From NCBI GenBank assembly GCA_010909165.1, contig MU008168.1, positions 868,001 to 932,000 on the forward strand: a stretch of DNA of 64,000 nt, written 5' to 3'. The translations under genes were made by a program, and so were the position numbers. Shown in pieces: positions 12,601-25,566 of the stretch. Source of the DNA: Anthoceros angustus. Its lineage: Eukaryota; Plantae; Anthocerotophyta. Below the pieces are notes generated by a model that did not search any database, had not been told where the DNA came from, and was given only the letters and a program-made list of their open reading frames with translations. Position 1 is the stretch's first letter. Each line of letters starts with the position of its first letter.

Positions 12601-13856
12601 CTTGCACGCCTACTTGGGGGCCTCCACCCCCCTCCGAGCTCTCCCTCCTTCAGAGCTCGAAATGTCCCCATACATGAATCGTATGGGGTCACCGATGGCG
12701 AGGCTTCGCTCCTTAGCTTGCGTGCCTCTCGATCGAACCGGCGAAGATAATCCTTCCCGGTCCGCCTTCCTCACCGGAGCGCATGCGAATACAGGTTATC
12801 ACCAAGGTGATCCACCTTGGTGAGCGAGTTCAATGGACAATGATCCGGGCTACCGCCCTTACTCGATCGTCCAGGATCGGATATCAACCATCCGTTGGTT
12901 GTCCGCTGCGTTCGTGCCTCGACGCCGCGTGGCCGGCCCTATCTTCCTTCGCCTTAAGGGGCTCGCACCACGCCCCTTCTTCCTCCTTGGCGGTTGTAGG
13001 CCATCCTCGGGACCTCCAAGGTCCATGGTCCTCCGGAGGTTCTTGGATCGGACCTCCTTGTTGATCGCCGATCTTCGGGCAAACTCCGGACTAGAGTGAC
13101 GTGTCGTCCGACCATTTGGAACACGCCCGATGCCACTCCCGCACCACCGCTTCCTCCCGGGGCAAGTCCGGATAGCGGGTCACAATGTTGCGCTCCACGA
13201 GGGTCCATGGCTCCATTTCCGCCGGCTTTTGGGTGCCATTGCTTCCTCCTCTTGTAGGCTGCCGAGTCCGGCGCACGATGTTCCTCGCGCTCGCCGCTCC
13301 AACCTTGACGGCGGCGCTCTAAGCGCGCCCAAAAGATAGCGCCAGAGAGCCGGATTGCGGAGCGCAAGGACGTGAGGATTGTCTGAGGCTGCAGCAAAAT
13401 GACCTCCCTCCTTGGCCGCTTGTGGGAAGTAACCGGGCGGAAGGCGCCTGTCCGAATCGCTGGGTCCGCATGGCTTACTCGACCCTACGCTCGCTTACTG
13501 CCTTACGCGCCGCGCAGCCGCGGGCGTGAATACCGCGGCCGCGGTTACGGTCTGCACGCATGCCGACCTCCACTCGGGGGCCCACGTGGCGCCGCCTGTC
13601 GCCTCACGCCCGCTCCTAGGTTACTTTCTGGCGTACTTATCCTATTTTGACTGGAGGGTTCGGACTTATCCGTTACTCGGCGTAGTCCGGAGCTTGCCAT
13701 AGTGGTACCGGGGTCCGTTGTTCACTAGTCCGAGTATACTCCGAGCCTCGTCCAAGCGCTACCCCAATTTATTCCTCCTTTCCGCCTTATTTATCCTTCA
13801 ATCCTAAAAAGCGAAACCCTACTTATTTCTAACTCCCGGGAAGTGCATAGCCCACA
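9630..13856 (-). repeat. 3' LTR of the gypsy element (about 4.2 kb, GC-rich)
   Basis: TG...CA termini and colinear with 19334-25566. Contains short GTCCGGAC tandem repeats at about 10570-10690. Confidence 0.9.
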
Positions 13857-13899
13857 TACTCCCTTCTCATCTTGGCGCCTCCGCCAACACTAAGCATGA

Positions 13900-16800
13900 T
13901 ACTTCTTCACCCGCCACCCGCTCACCCGAGTGGGCAGCCTCTCCATCTAGCGCCGTGGACGGACCCGTTGTCATATACTTGCACCACTTGGTACGGACCC
14001 ATCCATCTCGGTGAAGTTTGCTGGAAAATGCATGTAACGACTATCATAAAGGAGGGCCAGTCCCTTCCTTTACATACTCCCGATTCCGATCGATCGCCAA
14101 ATCTTCGGTTTTGCACTGCATCTCACCGAGCTTCTTCCCCGTCCTCGTGGCTTGAACAAACCCCAAGAGTCGCCGAGCGGCTTTCCTCCTCCGCTCCCTT
14201 CCATCATTACTCGAAAAGTGGGCACTTCAAACTCCACCGGCATTACGGAGAGTGTCCAGGTCAAGTAAGCAGTCCGTTGTGTGGTCACCTTCTAACGCCC
14301 ACACGGGATACCTTGGTATCCCATGGGCGTAGTTCATCGTGAGTTTATTCAGATCCCAGATGAGCCCATTTGTCTTCTCCATTGGCCTTAGGATTGTAGG
14401 TGCCGTCTTGCGATGATTGATGCGAAATACTCCGTCATGGCGGCCACCACATCATTAAGGAAATGGGTTCCCCTATCACTTACCAACTGCAGCGGACATC
14501 CGTACCGGGTTATGATGTTCTCGTACAGGAATTTGGCCACGGTATTTGCGGAGTCCGTTCTTGTCGCCACCGCCTCTACCCACCTGGTGCAGTAGTCCGT
14601 TGCCACCAGGATGTATCTCCTTTGTGTGTGTCTTGTCGTAGGCTGTATAGGTCCAACAAAGTCAATACCCCACTTTTCGAAAGGTGCCAGTGCCAATATC
14701 GGTACTAGCGGCCACTGTGTCGTCGGGGTTGGCTTTCCGATCCGACAAGCATCACACTTCTTCACAAACCGGTGGGTGTCCCCATACATTGTTGGCCACC
14801 GATTATCCAAATCTTTTTGGTGGTGACTGTCGCGTAGTGTCCTCCCCCATTCCCTGACGACGCCTCCTGCCTCTGCCGGCAGTACCTTCGTTCTACTCCG
14901 CCCTAATTTGAACACACACCGTTGTACATTGAAGGGTCGAGCATAGTGCACGAATGCCTCCCTCACGAGTCGATTTTGGAAGCTCCATTCCCGAGGTACC
15001 GCTCTATTTCGTGGGTCGGACGGACGGACCCTCCCTTCTCCGCTCGCTAAGCCGCCTCGTAGCTTGGGGTTCGGCCGGGCTCCTCCGGTACTTTATGCGG
15101 CAACCAATGTCTCATCCGGAACGCATCTTCGATCTCTCAACACTGCTTTTCAATCGTGACAGAAATCGTGGTGCCTCCCTTGTCTTGTTTCCACTTGACG
15201 TGAACTCCTGCAACAATATCCACCTTGCTATCCGTCCCAGGTCCGCCTTTATTCACCGGATGCTGTGAAAGTGGTCTACATAGAACACAAACTCACTGGG
15301 TAGTAGTAGTGTCGAATTTCTTGACAGATATACCATACCTGCTTCGGCCTGTAGTTGTGTATTTTCGTGGGTGAGCCGTCCGTAGTATACGGGATAATCC
15401 TTCGCTTGTCGTCCTTCCGCTCAAGACTACTCCGATAGCAAAGCGGACACTCTACATACACATGAAATTTCTGCTCCATCCGGTCCTCTTAGAACCGGCT
15501 TACCAAGGTGTTCTCAGAATCGAAGGCCTCCTCTCGCTCGTGACGGTCCAAACCTCCTCCTTCCGCAGAGTTGCCAACTTAGCCGCCCTCTTCGCAAAGT
15601 CCTTAATAAACCGCGGTAGTATCCCACCATTGTGAAACCTCCTCCTTTAGGTTCGTGGGTGGAGAGCGGATGACCGGACCTTGTCTCCACCTCGATTCCC
15701 GCACCGACACGATGTCCCAAAGATTCCCTCCGTCATTCCAAAGTAGCATTTCTCGGGTGTAGGCTCAATTGAGTCTCGCGCCTCAAGCACCTTCTTAGAT
15801 GCCCAAGGTGTTTGCCTGCTCCCCATGCACACAAAATCATCCAGAATATCTCCATGAAGTCCCTCGGAAGTCACCAAGAGGCGTTGGTCACCATACGCAT
15901 GAACGACCACGGCGCTCGGTCATCCCAAAGGCACTTCTCTTGTAGGCAAACGTACCCCACTCCGTAGTGAAGGTCGTCTTGTCCCAGACTCCCTTAGGTG
16001 CAATTGGTTATATCCGGAGTAGCCATCCAGGAAGGAGTAAGTAGTCCGTCACCACCTTGTCCAAAATGTCGTCTCACGAATGGCATCGGAAGTGGTCCTT
16101 CTCGCTTGCGTTGAGCTTCCTCCAATCTTGGCATACCGAATTTGTGGCTGCTTGGGAACCACCACACCGACCCACTCTGTGACGATGGGGAAAATGATGT
16201 CCGCCTCCGGTACTTATCAAGGACCTCCTTCACCTTGATCGAATACTTGGGGTTGAGCTTGTATTGTCGGATTCGATGGCACCGCTCCGGCTTCAAAATC
16301 GATCTTATGCTCCCACTTCTTGAATGCCCTTCATGTCCGTGACCTTGAAGGCGAACACCGCAAAACTCCCCAGTGCTTTAGTCCTTCAGTCCGGAGGCAT
16401 GCCTTTCTTAAACTTGTGAATTTGGCCGGACCTCCACTTCTTCCACGTCGTCCGGGTTCACCGGCCTCCTGCTCCTGTCAGGCCCAAACCCCTCGTCCTC
16501 GGGATCGTCCTCTCGCATCCCCATTCTCCAAGAGCTCGTGAGGTGAATCGTGTTACTCCTTCGATGTCCGCTTTTCCTTGGTCCGACTGCCTCCCTTGTC
16601 CGGGTCCGACCTCTTCACTTCCTTCCTCGCCCGTATGGCGTTTACTCAAAACAATCAACCACTTCCGCCAAAGGCATCCACGTAGTCCATCTCCTCCTCG
16701 GACCGGCGGATCTTGGCGAAAGTACGCCTCCTCGGAACTATCTTGTTCGTCGCTGGAGTCCTCCGAGGTATACCCTTCGGTAGTGCTCAGCTTCCACAAT

Positions 16801-19070
16801 AGGTGTCCTTGCTCCGTGTGATAGCAACCTCCCTTCTCGCACCTTAGGGTCCCACCCACCGGCTTGAAGTGAATCTCCTTCCTTCCAAAGTGTAGCTCGT
16901 CAGGCCAACCCCACCATGGCCCAACACCTCATACCCTAATGGTCCGGCGGTTTGATCACAACAAAATCCGGTTTGTAGGGTGCGCTATGGTGGCCAAGAC
17001 TCGGTTAACTCCCACGGATCTCTTCTTGACATGTACGCCATTCTCGAGTCTTCGTTGAGGTTGAAGGATGTGAAGCCCAATTTTCGTGCGGCTTCGGTGA
17101 TGAGGTTGACTGACCCGTGTCCAACGGTACATCCTTGATGATACATCCAATCTCCACTTGTACCATGGGCGCCTGGTCCGTATGGGACACCACCCTCACT
17201 TCCACTGCTACCCTTCCGGCTTTGGTGCTCCGCCGAGGCTGGGTTTCCCTAACGGCCCGACGGACCTCTTGTCTTTTGGGTTATCCTCGCGAAAGGACAC
17301 AAGGCCGATTCATCATCGTCCGCCACATTGGGGGCGAGGCTCCCCCAATCGAGGATCCTGCTGCCCTCATCCTCTCCCGGTCACTTCGTGTTACGGTATT
17401 CTCCGGATGCTTGCATTTCCTCCTGCAACATCTCGGTCACCTGGACTACGTCCGGTGGAAATCGCCGCCGCGGAGGCACCGTTCCTTCTCCGTCTCTGCA
17501 CGGAGAACTTCCTTCGGTAATCCCTCCGCAGAGCGGTCCCACCCCTCCTTCATCGGTGGATCCTCTGGTATTTCCGTTGATTGCCTTCCTCCGTCGTGAC
17601 GCTTCCTCGATCTTGTTCTTCTGGCGCCTTTCTCGTCGCTCCTTCCTTGGCCACGAGTAGACACCTCCAAGATTTCCACCCGACTCCCTTCCTTCGACAC
17701 CCCCACCGTACCTTCTTGTTCTTTTCCATCTCGCGTACTGAATCTCTTCCCACTCCGCCAACCGAGCATCTTGACTTGCCGACGGCAGCCTTAGGAGGTG
17801 GCGTTGGTGGTTCTCCGCTTGGTGTGGCATATCGCACTGCCCCTTGTGCGGGGTTGGGACATAGCGTCATATGCCCACCGCTTGACCGCCACATGCCCGC
17901 TCGAAGTCCCCATGCCTGGGAGTACGGACACGCGTTGGAGTAATGGCGGGATTCCGCAGCCCAGACCACGGCCGTCGGAGGATACGAAGGGCTCCCATGC
18001 GGTCTTTGCATCGGTGGGGCCCGTTGTATTGACGGACCTCCGGTTGGCGGATACATGGTTTTGGGATATCGCGGCCCGAGGGCTTCTGACTGATAGGCCT
18101 CTTCCCATTGCTCCTCCTCCTCGTATTCGTAGTCCACTTGATGCACCGGCCTTGAGGCGGTTGGATGAATGGCCGTGGCACACGGCACACCAGAGATGCG
18201 TTCGCACCGTAGTCGGTGTTTTCCGCCGCTCTCGGTCCTTAACCTGGTTTATCGCCAGGTCCTCTACTCTCTTTATCACTTTTTCCAGGTCCTCCCGCAG
18301 ACCTGCTACCTCCTTTGAGGGAGTCGGGTCCGGTGGAGCTTCTCGGACCGGTGCTGGTGTCACCACCTCCTTCTTACCCTGCTTCTTTTTAGCCGGGGCC
18401 TTCTTGCTCTTCTTCTTGCGGGGATACTCTTCCTCGCTAGAGACCTCCGTCTCTTCTTCGGACGACTGCTCCTCCTCCGAAGACACCTCCATTGGTCTTC
18501 CTCCTCCTCTCAAGACTCTTCCTCCTGAGTCCGAACCCCGCTTCTTCTTCTTCTTGCCTCCTTGGATTTCTTTATCCTCGATGTAGCGATTCCTCGTAGT
18601 TTTCGGCCGCTCGACCGCCTTGCCCACGTCCTTCTCGGCCAGCGGACGCGTGGCCATGGGTTTGGCTAGACCGGCCGAACCACCGCACGCTTGCATCGTG
18701 GTATGGGTTGGATGCCGATCCTCGGGGCATAGAACCGCTCGATGTCGAGCCCAGCTTCTCCTTCTTCCTCGCTGATTTTCCAACTTTGATAATACATACC
18801 CCTCGGTCGATCCTCGAAACCGTTCTAAGAAGGCATTTTCAAAGCTTCAAACGAGGCGGGTGGGGCATTCTCCGTGGTCGGTACTTTCTCCGATACCATT
18901 GAGCTCCCCTCGGAGAACCCCTTGGAAAAGCTGGATGAGCCGGCTCCTCTCTCCGTTGAAGTTGGCTTTGGACATGAAGTCCTCCACAAAGGTCTCGCAT
19001 CCGCTCCTTCTTCCCTCCGAATATGGAGTACGCTTGTTTGGTCGAGGTAGGGGCCATGGCTGCGCCATCG
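13900..19070 (-). pseudogene. gypsy gag-pol, heavily frameshifted
   Basis: Gag (17791-18783), protease (VQVEIGCIIKDVPLDTG, about 17100-17200), RT (RQYKLNPKYSIKVKEVLDK, LDDF, PEKCYFGMTEG), RNase H remnant (about 15280-15480) and integrase 14388-14966 (PFEKWGIDFVGPI..YILVATDYCTRWVEA..IITRYGCPLQLVSDRGTHF). Confidence 0.9.
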
Positions 19071-19333
19071 ATGGTTAGGCGTGGTGTCCTACCTTCTTCC
19101 GTTGCCCCCGTACCCGTACTCGTCTTGGTCCGACAATTCGACCACGTTCTCCCTCCTCGATCGGGTGCTCTCTGGGTTTGACGTCTCTCTCTCACGGCTC
19201 GGAGAGCACGCGAGGTGACCGTCCGATCCTCCCGACGGTTCACTCTTGACCGCCGCCGCCACGCATTCACTTACCTTCTCTTCCTAAGGGCGCACTGCGA
19301 CCACACGATTTCATTCCCGCAGCAGCGCCAAAA

Positions 19334-22300
19334 TGTGGCGTGACTTTGCGATGGCGCGCACAATCCGTGTCGTTGTAGGAAGAAGTCCGTTCCCAAGGGA
19401 ATGATAGGCCCGTTCTGCGTTTGTGATTCTACCGTCCTTAGCGCTCGTTCGCCTCAACACACACATACTCCTAACTACTCACAACGTTCACCGTGACAGT
19501 GGTATGGCCAAGCGTTTGGACCCGTCGTCCGTATCGTTCACATACATCCCTCACGCATCCGTCCTTTCCTCTCTCCTCACGCTACACTCTTGTCTTAGAA
19601 AAGACGCGGTTACGTGACCGGACCTCCTCCGTTCGCCGGGCCTCTCGTCCGGCTCTACACGCCTCCCGAGTTCCTCCGGCTCACGCTCCAGGTCGGTGTG
19701 ACCGGCCCCGGACGAGCACGGTCACCAATCACCCTTCCCCGCACACACCACAACGCGTTAAGTCCGTCACGGGACCTTGATCAATCTCCCGAGTCGTCGG
19801 CTCGCTCGGTGACTCGGGACTCACGTTAGCAAGAAGACTCACAAGGTGCAAGAACGCGGCATCAACACCAAGAAAGATGCTTTACTAGGCGACCTCGGCC
19901 CTCTTATCTGCGCCCAAGGCGTCTTTATTACACCCCTATTCGAGGCAGCCCCAGATACCCTAATCGGCCATCCTATTTTCCCCCTATCTCCTTCGTCAGG
20001 GAAGGTCTGGGCCCGCCTCGGAATGGGTGGTCCAATCCCGTCACAGGCGCACCCAATCGGATGATCCGTGAGGCGGGCCCTCCTCTCCGGAATCCCGGGT
20101 TGGCTGGCCGACAACCGCCGTTACCACGACGTCATCCTCCCTGGCCTCCACAGGTCGCCGCGGTGGGGCCACCCTATCTGCTCCCCTAGCGTAAGTCGAA
20201 GGGGCTCCATCGCCGCCCGGCCCTCGAGGTCTGCCTCGACTCCCGAACTGAGTCCGGCTTATCGGGTCCGGCCGGCTAGGTCCGACCTCGGGGTCCGGAC
20301 CTCGGGGTCCGGACACAGGTCCGGACTTGTGGTCCGGACTTATTACCGGTCCGGACTTGTGGTCCGGCCTCCTCCGGTCCGGACAAAGTCGGACTCCACC
20401 CAGGTTTCCTCCCTCACGGACCTCCGTGGCTCTCCCTCAAGTCCTCCTGTCCCGGCCCGTGACTCGTTGGCCCCTCCTTCCATGGTGAGGCGGTGCTTAC
20501 CTCGCCGCATCCGCCTCCTCGCTCGCCTCCTCCTGCTCCTCCGCCGCTCCGTCATCTCAAACAGGCCACTAGGGTCCCTGTCTTTGTCCCGTGGCCTTCA
20601 TCTCCTTGAGCCTTGGTCCGTCCGTTGCGGCGTAGAGGCTTCTGCCGGGGCTCGGCGTGGTAATAGGCAAAGTCCGAATCGACTTGTTGAATTGCCTCTT
20701 CCACGTGTGCGGAGCACCGATACTCCTCCGCCATAAGGAGCCGGGCGTGCCCGGCTTGTTGGGCCACCTCTCCGCTGATTTGGGAGCCGGGTCAGTATCA
20801 CGCGAGGCTACAAGGCGGCCTCGGTCACCTCCTGCATGCCGCTGTTGCTCCGCCCACTCCGTCGTTTCCTCCATTGCCACTTACCATAGCCAGGCTTCCT
20901 TCCGCCTTTCTCATGGACCAGCGCTTCTTTTCGCTTCGCTCGCCTCCGCTCATTCTCGGCCTTAGCTCCGCCACCTCCTCTCCAGATACCTCCGTCCGGC
21001 TCCGGACTTCCTCCTTCTCAGAGCTCGGCAACGTCCAACTCCTTGGATAGTCGCCGATTTTCCTCCGTCTTGAGACGGGGCACTCTATTTCGTGCTCGGG
21101 GTCGTGGATTCTCTCGTTGAGAATCACTGCTGCTCAAGCGCATCTTGGAGTTGTAGCTCCCGTGTCCTTCTCCCTCCATCCCGCCGCCTCCTCTACTGCA
21201 TGCTCGGAGATCTCCTATCTCCCGAGGGCCTCCATCTCCTCCTCCATGGCCCGCTCGCTCCATAGCGGCGGCCTTCGACCTCTCTACCGACTCTCTCCAC
21301 CGGTTCGATCACGTAGTGATCCGGTCGCTCTTGCCGCTTGACCTTCGCCGCCTTTACGGCCGCCCACTTGGCGCGCTAGGGCCGCCCGCCAGTCCCGAGC
21401 TCTCGCTTGTGCGGGCCTCTTCCGCCTCGCTGCGCTTCCCCTCTCGCGCAAGGTCCTCCGCCGCTTGGCCTCTGATTTCACTGTCAGTGAAGAACCTTGG
21501 CCCGGCCCCGCTGAACCGGGCCTCGCTCCGCCACCGGCGTTTCCCTTCCTCGATCCGAGCGAGGGACTCCGCCTTTCCTTTGCCCCTCGGCCGCCTTCAC
21601 TTGCTCTTGAGTTCCACCATCCTCCTCGGGTGGCCTCCACTTCGGGTCTTCTCACTGCACACGAGACCCCAAAGCATTCCGTCCATGACGGTAGGACTCG
21701 TGTGTTTCTTCCACGGCCAGTGAGGCCCCACAAAGTCCGTAGTGGGAGCCGGCATTCGGTCCAAGGACCTCCATACCAGCCCCGAGTAAGTCCGATGGGT
21801 TCTCGGACCTAATCGGGACCCTCGGGTCGAGAGTGGTGAGTCCGAGTCTCACCCTCTTGGCCCTCTTGGCCTCTAACTCCTTTGTGCCCTCTTTCTCCGG
21901 GGCTCGGAGGAGGTGAGGGGGTCCGGAGCAAGCTCTTTTGCCCCTTCCCGTCGGAGGGACCGGCTCTGGGTGCCGCTGACCTCCTGCTCCTTGGGCCACG
22001 TCCCTTCTCGCCTCCTTACCGCCTCTTGACCTCTTGCCACCCGCGGGGTAAGGTACTGCACCTTCCGAGGTCGCGGTAGGCGGCACCGTCTTCCGCCTCT
22101 TGGCTCCCGTGAGTTCGTCGGGGCTCGGCAGCCGCCGTGGTTGTTGCCCCGGTGAGCCGCCAACGCCCCCGGCATCGCCTCCTCCCGTGCTACCGCCCGA
22201 GGGCACCAAAAGGAGGAAGGAATCTCCTCCCAAACTTCCCTGGGTGGTGAGGGGTTCGCTCAGACGTATGGAGTCCTCTCCTCGCCTCCTCCGAGTCCGC

Positions 22301-25300
22301 TTGGTCAAGGACGACCCCCACCTCGGGCGCCTTGCACGCTCTACTTGGCGGGCCTCCGGCCGGGCGCCTCAAGCTCTCCTCCTTGAGGCTCGAAATGTCC
22401 CCATACATGAATCGTATGGGGTCACCGATGGCGAGGCTTCGCTCCTTAGCTTGCGTGCCTCGATCGAACCGGCGAAGATAATCCTTCCCAGTCAGCTCTC
22501 TTCCGAGCGCATGTGAATACCATAGTTATCACCAAGGTGATCCACCTTGGTGAGCAGTTCAATGGACAATGATCCGGGCTACCGCCCTTACTCGATCGCG
22601 CAGATCGGATATCAACCATCCGTTGGTTGTCCGTGCGTTCGAGCCTCGCGCCGCCCGTGGGTTATCTTCCGCCTTAAGGGCTCGCACCACGCCCCTTCTT
22701 CCTCCTTGGGTTGTAGGCCATCCTCGGACCTCCAAGGTCCATCGCCTCGGTCACCTCCTTGCATTGTTGCTCACTTGCTCCTCCGTCGTTTCCTCTCCAT
22801 TGACTTACCGCCATAGCGCGTTCCCTTCCGCCTTTCTCTGGACCGGCTTCTTTTACGCTTCCGGTGCTCGCGCTCCTCCGTTCATTACGGCCTTTAGCTC
22901 ATGACTCCCTCTCCAGGTGAGATACCTCGTCCGCTCGGACTTCCTCCGGCTCATACAGCAGCAGCGTCCAACTCCTTGGATAGTCGCCGATTTTCCTCCG
23001 TCTTGAGACGGGGCACTCTATTTCGTGCTCGGTCGTGGATTCTCTCGTTGAGAATCACTGCTTTGCTCAAGCGCATCTTGGAGCTCCAGCGTGTCCTTCA
23101 TCCTCCATCTGCTGCCGCCTCTCCTCTACTTCCTGCTGTACTCGGAGATCTCTATCTCCCGAGTCTGGCCTCCATCTCCTCCTGGCCTTGCACTCCATGG
23201 CCTTTTGCGGCCAGGTGCCTCGGTACTGCGACTCTCTCCACGGTTCGATCACGTCGCATGGTGATCCGGTCGCTCTTTTGCGGCTTGACTCCTTCGCCGC
23301 CTTTACAGGCCGCCCACTTGGCCTGCTCTGGCCGGGCCTCCAGGTCCGAGCTCTCTCTGTGCCGGGCCTCTTCCGCCTCTGCTGCGCTTCCCCTCTCGCG
23401 GTCCTCCGCTTGGCCTCTGAGCTTGCTTGTGCATGGTGAAGAACCTTAACCCGATCTGCTGAACCGCCGGGCCTCGCTCCGCCCGGCGTTTCCCTTCCTC
23501 GATCCGGCGAGGGACTCCGCCTTTCCTTTGCCCCTCGGCCCTTCACTTGCTCTTGGGTTCCACCATCCTCCTCGGGTGGCCTCCACTTCACAGGTCTTCT
23601 GCATACCAGAGACCCCAAAGCATTCCGTCCATGGCGGTAGCACTTCGCCGTGTTTCTTCCACGGCCAGTGAGGCCCCACAAAGTCCGTAGTGGGGCCGGC
23701 ATTTCTCGATCCGAGGACCTCCATACCGGATCCGGGTAAGTCGGTGGGTTCTCGGACCTAATCGGGACCCTCGGGTCACAGTGGTGGTCAGTCTCACCCT
23801 CTTGGCCCTCTTGGCCTCTAACTCCTTTGTGCCCTCTTTCTCACAGGGCTCGGAGGAGGTGAGGGGTCGGGAGCAAGCTCTTTTGCCCCTTCACAGCCGG
23901 GGCAGGGTCGGGGTGGGGCTGCGCGGTGACCTCCTGCTCCTTGGGCCACGTCCCTTCTCCTTACCGCCTCTTGACCTCTTGCCACTCATAGGCGGGGTAA
24001 GCACCGGTCTTTGCGTTGGTAAGCGGCCGTCTTCGCCTCTTGGCTCCCGTTGAGTTCGTCGGGGCTCGGCGTGTCGTGGTTGTTGGGTTGCATCTGCGGT
24101 CGGGCCGCCCCTCGGCATCGGCTCCCTCTGTCTTGCTCGGAGGGCACCAAAAGGAGGAAGGGGAATCGCCTCCCAAACTTCCACAGGTGGTGAGGGGTTC
24201 GCTCAGGCGTATGGAGTCAGGAATCCTCGATCGTCCTCCTCCAGTCGCTTGGTCTTGAAGGGCGACCCCCACCTCAGGCGCCCTTGCACGCTCTACTTAC
24301 AGGCCTCCGGCCTTCCGGCGCCGCTCAAGCTCTCCTCCTTGAGCTCGAAATGTCCCCATACATGAATCGGTATGGGGTCGACCCCGATAAGCGAGGCTTC
24401 TCGCTCCTTAGCTTGCGTGCCTCACTGGCCGGGCGAAGATAATCCTTCCCCGGTCGCTCTCTTCCCCAGCTGGGCGCATACCAGCAGTTATCACCAAGGT
24501 GATCCACCTTGGTGGCCAATGGACAATGATCCGGGCTACCGCCCTTACTCATTGTCCGGATCGGATATCAACCATCCGTTGGTTGTCTGCGTTCGAGCCT
24601 CGGCCGCCCGGCTGGCCTATCTTTCGCCTTAAGGGCTCGGCACGCCCCTTCTTCCTCCTTGGGCGGTTGTAGGCCATCCTCGGACCTCAAGGTCCATCGC
24701 CTCGGGTCCTCCGGAGGTTCTTGGATCGGACCTCCTTGTTGATCGCCAGATCTTCCGGGCAAACTCCGGACTAGAGTGACGTCAAAGGTCCGACCATTTG
24801 GAACACGCCCATGCCACTCCACCAATTCCCTGCTTCCTCCGGCCGGGGCCCGAAGTCCGGATAGCGCCGGGTCACAATGTTGCGCTCCAGGGTCCATGGC
24901 TCCCACTCCGCCGCTTTTGGGTGCCATTGCCTCCTCCTTGTTGCCGTCTGGCCGAGTCCGCCGGCACGATGTTCCTCCTTCGCGCGTTGTTGCTCCAACC
25001 TGACGGCGCTCTAAGCCGATGGGCGCCCAAAAGATAGCGCCGAGAGCCGGATTGCGAGCGCAAGGGCTGAGGATTGCGAGGTCACTAAATGACCTCCTCC
25101 TTGGCCGCGCCAGGAAGTAAGGGCGGAAGGCGCCTGTCCGAATCGCCAGGGTCCGCATGGCTTACTCGACCCTACGCGCTTACTGCCTTACGCCGCCAGC
25201 CCGGGCGTGAATACCGCTATAACGGCCTGCAAGGTTACGGTCTGGCCCACTGCATGCCCGACCTCCACTCGGGGCCGCCCACGTGGCGCCGCCTCGTCAT

Positions 25301-25566
25301 CCTCACGCCCGCTCCTAGGTTACTTTCTGGCGTACTTATCCTATTTTGACTGGAGTGGGTTCCGGACTTATCCGTTACTCGGCGTAGTCCGAGCTTGCCA
25401 TAGTGGTACCGGGGTCCGTTGTTCACTCCAGTCCGGAGTATACTCGAGCCTCGTCCGCGCTACCCCAATTTATTCCTCCTTTTCCGCCTTATTTATCCTT
25501 CAATCCTAAAAAAAAAACAGAAACCCTACTTATTTCTTAACTCCCCAGGGAAGTGCATAGCCCACA
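19334..25566 (-). repeat. 5' LTR of the gypsy element, containing an internal tandem duplication of about 1.9 kb
   Basis: Matches 9630-13856; the segment at about 20818-22745 is repeated at about 22746-24700. Confidence 0.88.

Larger units (their letters stand above)
9630..25566 (-). mobile_element. full-length non-chromoviral Ty3/gypsy (Athila/Tat-like) LTR retrotransposon with very long LTRs
   Basis: Direct repeats TGTGGCGTGAC...TAGCCCACA at 9630-13856 and 19334-25566, and a 5-bp TSD TGGTG (9625-9629 and 25567-25571). On the minus strand there is a PBS TGGCGCTGCTGCGGGA next to the right LTR, a polypurine tract AAGATGAGAAGGGAGTA next to the left LTR, and gag-PR-RT-RH-INT order. Confidence 0.93.

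Noticed and set aside
9809-25509. Numerous plus-strand Pro/Arg/Ser-rich ORFs
   Set aside because: By-products of GC-rich LTR sequence or antisense of gag-pol; no recognisable domains.
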